In this document: piece by piece, positions 59,342-64,000 of the stretch | Layout: the number at the start of each line of letters is the position of its first letter | How positions within the stretch are numbered: the stretch's first letter is position 1 | Program-made: the position numbers and the translations under genes | The notes under the pieces: generated by a model | Told to the model about the DNA's origin: nothing | The model's input: only the letters and a program-made list of their open reading frames with translations | The model's database searches: none | Source: Oopsacas minuta | Taxonomy: Eukaryota; Animalia; Porifera | Direction: 5' to 3' | DNA: 64,000 nt | NCBI GenBank assembly: GCA_024704765.1 | Contig: JAKMXF010000144.1 | Location: 62,001-126,000 of the forward strand

Positions 59342-61397
59342 ATGCAGAGTAGATATACAGGTGAGTACAACCATGTACCATTTCTAACACCTTCTCAGGT
59401 ACAAGAGAGACTACAGCAATATGAAATTGAGTTCTCCGATAGGTTAGTTGAAGCGTTTTAATGTGAAATATTCACAGGTGTTAGATTTTGTAACAAGTAA
59501 TGAAATATTGTTGCCAACTTGGTCATGTTCTACATAGCCCCCTGCCCCCCTGGGGGCGAGTAGGAGAACACCATGTACCTCAGTAAAATATATCATAGTG
59601 ACTAGTCCATTTACAAATATTGAAGTTAATTTATTATTTATTATTAACCGCATTCCAGACGTGATTTGCTAAAAATAACTTTTACATATAATAATATATC
59701 ATTTTAGGATTAATTATCAAAAACACTAATAAAAAGCTTCCATTCACAGTCAGGGAGTAGCTAGCATTCCTTTGGGGTGTAAGGTTTACCTATGGGGGGT
59801 CATAGAACACCAAGTTATGCCTATGATTGTTGGAATGAGCGTACATATCTCTTTTATAGATACAGTAAGAAAGACGATTATTACAGATATGCTAACAGAG
59901 TAAAGAAGACACCAGTACCAGTCATAAAGCCATGGCCTCCTAGCTCATATGCAAGATTCAATTACAGGTATTTATCCGTCCCCCCTTCCCCTTCCCCTTC
60001 GAATACTGCCACATAACTGCAACTTTTCACATCTTTTGTGTCTCTAGAAAGGAAGCCATGCTACACCGACACAGAAACGTACAGAAACCCAATAGGAGCA
60101 GGGGGACATACCATAGGAACGTGCATAGCCGATTGGGGAGGCTCGGGAAATCTACACAAGGGAATAAACGTAACTTCCACCATGGATCCTCTCCCTCCTT
60201 TATGTACCCATCTGTGCCCCTATTCCCCGGTGAGGTGTTGGATGTGTATAACTCCCAAGAGGTGTTGATGGGGGCGGAAATAGAACTAGAGGTGTCAGAC
60301 GGTGAGGAGGGGACCAGGGACTTGACAAGAGACAACAGCTCTCCTTGTCCATCTGACGGTAAGCATTATTCATATATGATCTTAAATACCACACGTCTAG
60401 TCAACTCTATGCAATACATTTCTTCGAATAATATTATTGCCACATTAGACATAATATGTATTCTTAGAATTCTAATATATTGTCCTGTCAGCATATTTCA
60501 CCAGAAAGCTCCACTGCCCGCATCAAGTTTACTGCCACATAAATAACTACACGATATATTTACTAATTAACAGGTGATTAGTAGTGACAGACTTCCTTTA
60601 ACACGCTTAATTAACAAATTTACAAGTAGAGTCATATTCCATGAATTGGACGCTTTATATTATGATCATGCCATAAATAATGAGATATGAATTGGCCACC
60701 TGCCTGCATGCTTAGATGGACATCATGTGGAGCTGAAAGAAGTTTCTCATTAACAAGGGCCTTGATAATTATAATGGTTTCTTTCATAGAGCCTGTGGTA
60801 TCAGAGAGTCTCCCCCTTCCCCCCTCTCCCCTCTCCCAGCATTCTTCCTCCTCACATGATAACCAACAAGCCTCTCTGTCTCCCTCCTGTGACCCTCAAC
60901 AGCGGTCGCCTTTCAGTCCTTGTACGCTAACAGGTTCAGACACCCCTGGAGATTCCGCTAAGCCTATCAACACTCGTATCTCCCCTACTCCCTCAGCTTC
61001 CTGCACCCCAGAGTCCGTGTTCCCCTCCTCCGGTCTCAAAACAGACCAACAGGGTACCAAACGAGTCAATCTAGCAAACTTGTCCTCCATCCAATCTGCT
61101 AATGGACGTAAAAAACAAGCCCGTAGCTCTTCCTCAAAACTATTCTCTAATATTCTAGCTAGTACGGACTACTCTCTCGACAGACCGAAGCACAACTTCT
61201 CTCACGGACAGAAGACTTCAGTCTCCGACACAAGACCACTTGACACCCTCCCTGTCTCCATTCCACTCGATAAAGTGAGACTCCCCGCACCTAGGAGCCG
61301 GTCACTCAGCAAGAGACAGAAAAAGGAGCCCATTGCTCCTGTCAGAATAAAACTTAACGGACAAACATGGCAATTGGAATGTGCAAGCAAGATTTAA
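59342..61397 (+). CDS. RNMT-activating mini-protein (RAMAC/FAM103A1)-like with long low-complexity extension
   Basis: Exons ~59342-59360, ~59406-59442, 59869-59968, 60048-60358 and 60790-61397 join in frame. YEIEFSDRYSKKDDYYRYANRVKKTPVPVIKPW resembles the recalled RAM motif [33 protein letters not shown], followed by an N/R-rich stretch. Use of ATG 59342 needs an AAG acceptor at 59405. Confidence 0.5.
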
Positions 61398-61489
61398 TGT
61401 ATAAGTATGGCAGACTAATTAAAGTACATAGTACATAGCAAATGCCGCAGGCATAACATATACGAATACGTATATGTGTGAATATATAA

Positions 61490-61861
61490 TTAATTCATTT
61501 CCTGGATCAATTTCTGGTAGATAGCTATCTCTCTTTTCAGTTTTTCCGCTTCATGTTGTAGTGCCGCCTTCTCTTGTTCTAATCGTGCCACTTGACACCT
61601 ATTCTTATCGCGACACTTTTTAGTGTAAGATCGTGATTTTAGTGTCCGTCTCCACTGTAACAGCATTTGTTCTTCGTTCCAGCTACAACAGGACGCTGTG
61701 ATTAATTTTTTTATTTCGTCTAAACTTGCGTTTTCAAGTTCCCCTTCGGTGATCCCGTACTCCAATGGACATATATCCCCTGGCTGAGGAGACTGACGGA
61801 TGTTGTCCTCTGAAAAAAAGTTGGTCCAATCCATATTCTGTTGTTGATTGTATTGATCCAT
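61490..61861 (-). CDS. Maf-like bZIP protein, intronless
   Basis: EHR-like ITEGELENASLDEIKKL and basic region QWRRTLKSRSYTKKCR (Maf: QRRRTLKNRGYAxSCR), then a short zipper. ATG follows an (AAAC)n tract. Confidence 0.7.
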   Translation of the reverse strand: MDQYNQQQNMDWTNFFSEDNIRQSPQPGDICPLEYGITEGELENASLDEIKKLITASCCSWNEEQMLLQWRRTLKSRSYTKKCRDKNRCQVARLEQEKAALQHEAEKLKREIAIYQKLIQEMN

Positions 61862-61862
61862 C

Positions 61863-61895
61863 TGTTTGTTTGTTTGTTTGTTTGTTTGTTTGTTT
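61863..61895. repeat. (TTTG)n microsatellite = (AAAC)n leader of Maf-like gene
   Basis: About 8 perfect units abutting the ATG. Confidence 0.9.
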
Positions 61896-62269
61896 ATTAT
61901 TTTAACTCTCATTTATATATGTTTTTAATGTTCAGTGTAGGTGACTAATCAAAACAAGTCCCTAACAATTTATTAACAACACAACTGTGTATAGAGCCAG
62001 TTTCCAAGTAAATATTATATATACAATTTTTGTCAGTTGTATTTACACTCGAGCATGTTAGTGTAAATATAAATATAAATACAAATAGATTCCTGTAGTC
62101 TTTCGCGTCATTTCTTGTATACCGCTTTCAGTATATAAATTTAGTAATTATGTTGTCATTGTAGACATTTATAATCTTTGATTTACGTAAACACCAATGC
62201 TTCTTTGGTTTCTGTTTACACATAAGGATGTATGTCTATTCCACCCTTCTGTTCTCCACATTCTTGAAT

Positions 62270-62283
62270 GTTTCCCTAGCAAC
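62270..62283 (+). promoter_or_regulatory. RFX X-box in Maf/AKT divergent region
   Basis: GTTTCCCTAGCAAC. Confidence 0.5.
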
Positions 62284-62613
62284 AGCACCCTTTAAACAGG
62301 GCTAATACTGAACTGGTCTTACTAACCCTTTTCTAACCCTGTAAAAATGGCCCAGGTGACCCATAGTCTCTGATTAAGATCCTAGATTGGTTCGCTCCCC
62401 CCTAACCACCTGGACGCCTCCTACATATATGAATATGAAATCGTGGCATCATTTTGTGATATCCAAATTCTCCATTCCATATACCACTAATCGTATCCAA
62501 GTTTAGTAATATAATATTCACTGGGTGGTTACATGATACCATCCTAGTTAGGCTTACTTCTATGGCATAGTTCCTATAATTAGTTCCAGTTTGAAATTAA
62601 GTAGATTTTAGCA

Positions 62614-63764
62614 ATGGCGAGTTTGAACGGTAAGCAGATAGCTAATCTCAAAATGGAGAAAATCGCGAAAGAAGGGAAGGTGTTGAAAAGAGGTTAGTTC
62701 CATATGTAACTATAGAAATTATGATATGACTTAATTAACACCTTTGTAACTTATGTAGGGGAACATATACACACCTGGCGCCCTAGGTATTTCATCTTGT
62801 TTGAAGATGGTACACTCGTAGGGTACAAAACTAAACCAGCAAACCCTGGAGCAGATTTCTTAAATATTTTCTCTGTAAAAGGTATGCGATTAAACCTGAA
62901 ATATGATTGGTTGATTGCTCTGTATTTGTTATAGGCTCTCAGATCACCAAAAAGAACTTTTCTGGGAAGCCAGGATTCACTCTAAGGTCAGTTATGCACA
63001 CCCAGGGGGGGACGGGGCGCTTAAGAGGTGTTAAGAGGAAGGCAGATATGATAATCAGCTGTTTATAGGTGTCTACAGATAGATGCATATGTTGATAGGA
63101 ACTTCCAGCTTGAGGAAGATTCCGACAGGTTAGTTGCATTGGTCTTTTATATATGAGAGGAGAGTACGATCTTGACCGGAAGGGGCTTTCACACCTTATT
63201 CGTATTAATATGTGTAATAACTTAGAGATGAATGGTGCATGCAGATAGAGAGAATTGGCTCAAAAGTGTCCGCACAGGCCCGCATTGCTGACACAACTAA
63301 TCCAGACGACATGTCACAATTTACTGATCCTTCAAAAACCAAATCTAAGATAGTAAGTATATTACATCATACATTATTTTTGCTGCGTATGTTTTGTATA
63401 ATAATAATTATTCATATATCTGTTCTGATTAATAATAATAATAGTAATTATGTCAGCTATTTGCAATCGTTTTCAAAATGTATCCCTATATTCTGCTAGA
63501 TAATATTATCAACTTGTATATACATCACAGCCACTTTATGCCACATATATGACCCTCTCTCCCTCTCTCCCTCTCTCTAGACTTTAGAGGACTTCGAGTT
63601 ATTGAAAGTGCTCGGTAAAGGAACATTTGGGACTGTAAGTCTGATTTGTACTAAAAGTAGCTTATTTTTAATTCAGTTTGTTATAGGTTATGTTAAGCAA
63701 AGAGAAATCTTCTGGAGAGATATTTGCTATAAAAGTCATCTCCAAGGAAATGATTATTGAAAAG
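62614..63764 (+). CDS. AKT: AKT/PKB kinase, 5' part (PH domain and start of kinase domain); continues beyond window
   Basis: KEGKVLKRG|[27 protein letters not shown]...[33 protein letters not shown]. Confidence 0.9.
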
Positions 63765-64000
63765 GTAACCAACAGTGACACATTGTGTACCCTCCCATAA
63801 TTATTGACGACATAATTTGTCCACTAGGGGTCTCAAAAAGTGGTACCATCGGGTGTCTAGTCATCCTAGCCTATTTGCCTCCTATATATGCTTACCCCTG
63901 TTTATTTGGCGCGTAAAAACTTCTAAGCAAAATTTCAATGAGTAGGTATATTTAGGCGCGCAATTGCGGGGGTGAGACACCTCTAGATAGTAACATTCTA

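Noticed and set aside
63825-63985. Possible hAT element in the AKT intron (TAGGGGTCTCA / TAGAGGTGTCTCA ends)
   Set aside because: The ends are poorly matched and the 8-bp flanks differ.

Overview
Gene-dense eukaryotic (early-branching animal) genomic DNA, not prokaryotic or viral. There are about 36 protein-coding genes in 64 kb, with short GT-AG introns (mostly ~50-57 nt) and intergenic gaps often of 50-200 nt. The gene set, compactness and intronless coiled-coil+NHL genes suggest a sponge, probably a glass sponge; this is inference, not a database result. Recognisable genes: ARID1 (3' partial), LONRF, PTTG1IP, VMA21, a Rubicon-homology/PLEKHM-like gene, DCAF6, two HS3ST-like sulfotransferases, UTP25, a PTB adaptor, GSAP, LRPAP1-like, CDK11, CEP20, NKRF, a DNAH5/8 axonemal dynein (15 kb), VPS37, PEBP, SERF, RRP36, JNK, PFDN6, epsin, C8orf33-like, RAMAC-like, a Maf-like bZIP and AKT (3' partial). 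Main unusual signals: (1) 29 of 36 start codons sit 0-10 nt behind a YAG splice-acceptor-like site, and genes run in co-directional arrays with 50-180 nt spacers, suggesting operons resolved by spliced-leader trans-splicing or by cis-spliced polycistronic/5'UTR introns; (2) the CDK11-LRPAP1 spacer is tiled by three introns starting exactly at the CDK11 stop; (3) a single ORF fuses a dsRNA-binding domain to the EDF1/MBF1 helix-turn-helix; (4) two intronless NHL genes are nested antisense in introns of two convergent host genes; (5) one tandem HS3ST paralogue lacks the catalytic Glu/His. Three apparent 1-nt-deletion frameshifts, one in ARID1, warn of possible assembly errors. No rRNA, tRNA or CRISPR array was found. 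All gene names come from recalled motif similarity; no searches were run.
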